Part shown: in pieces, positions 63,531 through 64,000 of the stretch
Numbering within the stretch: the first letter of the stretch is position 1
Layout: the number at the start of each line of letters is the position of its first letter
Source: an uncultured Lachnospiraceae bacterium
GTDB lineage: Bacteria; Bacillota; Clostridia; Oscillospirales; CAG-272
Reading direction: 5' to 3'
Assembly: GCA_964525525.1 (NCBI GenBank)
Contig: CAZGHD010000001.1
Span: 5,288-69,287, forward strand
DNA: 64,000 nucleotides
Translations under genes and position numbers: made by a program
The notes under the pieces: model-generated
The model's input: only the letters and a program-made list of their open reading frames with translations
Databases searched by the model: none
Told to the model about the DNA's origin: nothing

Positions 63531-64000
63531 ATGTTGTTTATCAAAAATGGTTATATTCGGACTATGGCGGGCCCCGACGTTGAGAACGGATGTATTCTCA
63601 TTGGAGATGACGGTAAGATCATCTCGGTGGGATGCGACGTCACTCCCCCTTCCGAGGCTCAGATTATTGATGCAGGCGGGCGTTTAGTGACCCCGGGCTG
63701 CGTGGAGGCACATTGCCATCTGGGGTTAGCCAATTCCCAACCCGAGGCAGGAGACCACAATGAAAAAAGCGACCCGATCACACCTCAAATGCGTGTTATT
63801 GACGGTTTTAATCCTTATCACGAGCAGTTGAAGATCGCAACCCAAAGCGGTGTCACAACAGTCTGCACCGGCCCCGGCAGCACTAATATCATTGGCGGAA
63901 CCTTTGGCGCTTTCAAAACCGCAGGTACTCGGGCTGACGATATGGTAATCAAGCACCCGATCGCCATGAAATGCGCCTTTGGTTACAATCCCAAAAATGC
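63531..64000 (+). CDS. Amidohydrolase-family protein, 3-prime end beyond the window
   Basis: Hand-translated: MLFIKNGYIRTMAG..IIDAGGRLVTPGCVEAHCHLG (HxH metal motif). RBS AAAGGAAG. The frame is open to the window end, so it is absent from the ORF track. Confidence 0.75.
   Translation, partial: MLFIKNGYIRTMAGPDVENGCILIGDDGKIISVGCDVTPPSEAQIIDAGGRLVTPGCVEAHCHLGLANSQPEAGDHNEKSDPITPQMRVIDGFNPYHEQLKIATQSGVTTVCTGPGSTNIIGGTFGAFKTAGTRADDMVIKHPIAMKCAFGYNPKN

Noticed and set aside
63323-63544. 73-aa minus-strand ORF between the SGNH hydrolase and amidohydrolase genes
   Set aside because: Its start would overlap the RBS and start of the well-supported amidohydrolase gene, and it has no convincing RBS. 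Only the last roughly 30 residues look like a TM helix. It may be a remnant of a membrane protein gene, but the evidence is too weak to call.
1-64000. Scan for CRISPR arrays, tRNA/rRNA genes, IS elements, integrases and prophage genes
   Set aside because: I saw no regularly spaced direct repeats, T-loop/anticodon-arm signatures, transposase/integrase/recombinase-like ORFs or phage structural genes. The only repeat of note is the 46-nt duplication reported above.

Overview
This window looks like a chromosomal segment of a spore-forming Clostridia-class Firmicute, about 50% G+C by eye. Housekeeping anchors are rimP-nusA-ylxR-ylxQ-infB, metH-mtnA-tcdA, spoVAD-spoVAE, a small alarmone synthetase gene, and a sugar ABC transporter next to malQ. 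I call about 60 protein-coding genes, several intrinsic terminators and a few near-consensus promoters and operators. I saw no rRNA, tRNA, CRISPR array, transposase or integrase. Five loci stand out. (1) At 35.8-42.3 kb, an 865-aa ECF-type sigma factor carries a roughly 670-aa soluble C-terminal extension. Next to it is a visibly AT-rich pair of ABC exporter genes, bracketed by a direct duplication of the sigma gene's own promoter, leader and start codon. (2) At 35.43-35.82 kb, a roughly 390-nt non-coding stretch is packed with about 14 consecutive short hairpins and may be a structured RNA. (3) At 7.0-15.2 kb, an eight-gene operon rich in phosphoesterases ends in a short glycyl radical enzyme with no activase in the window. 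(4) At 17.8-21.3 kb, an ECF sigma and anti-sigma operon also carries a lipoprotein serpin. (5) At 24.9-27.7 kb, an OhrR-type operon encodes gpx, a DUF2156 protein and a GNAT protein instead of ohr. All functional calls rest on motifs read from the translations. No database search was possible.
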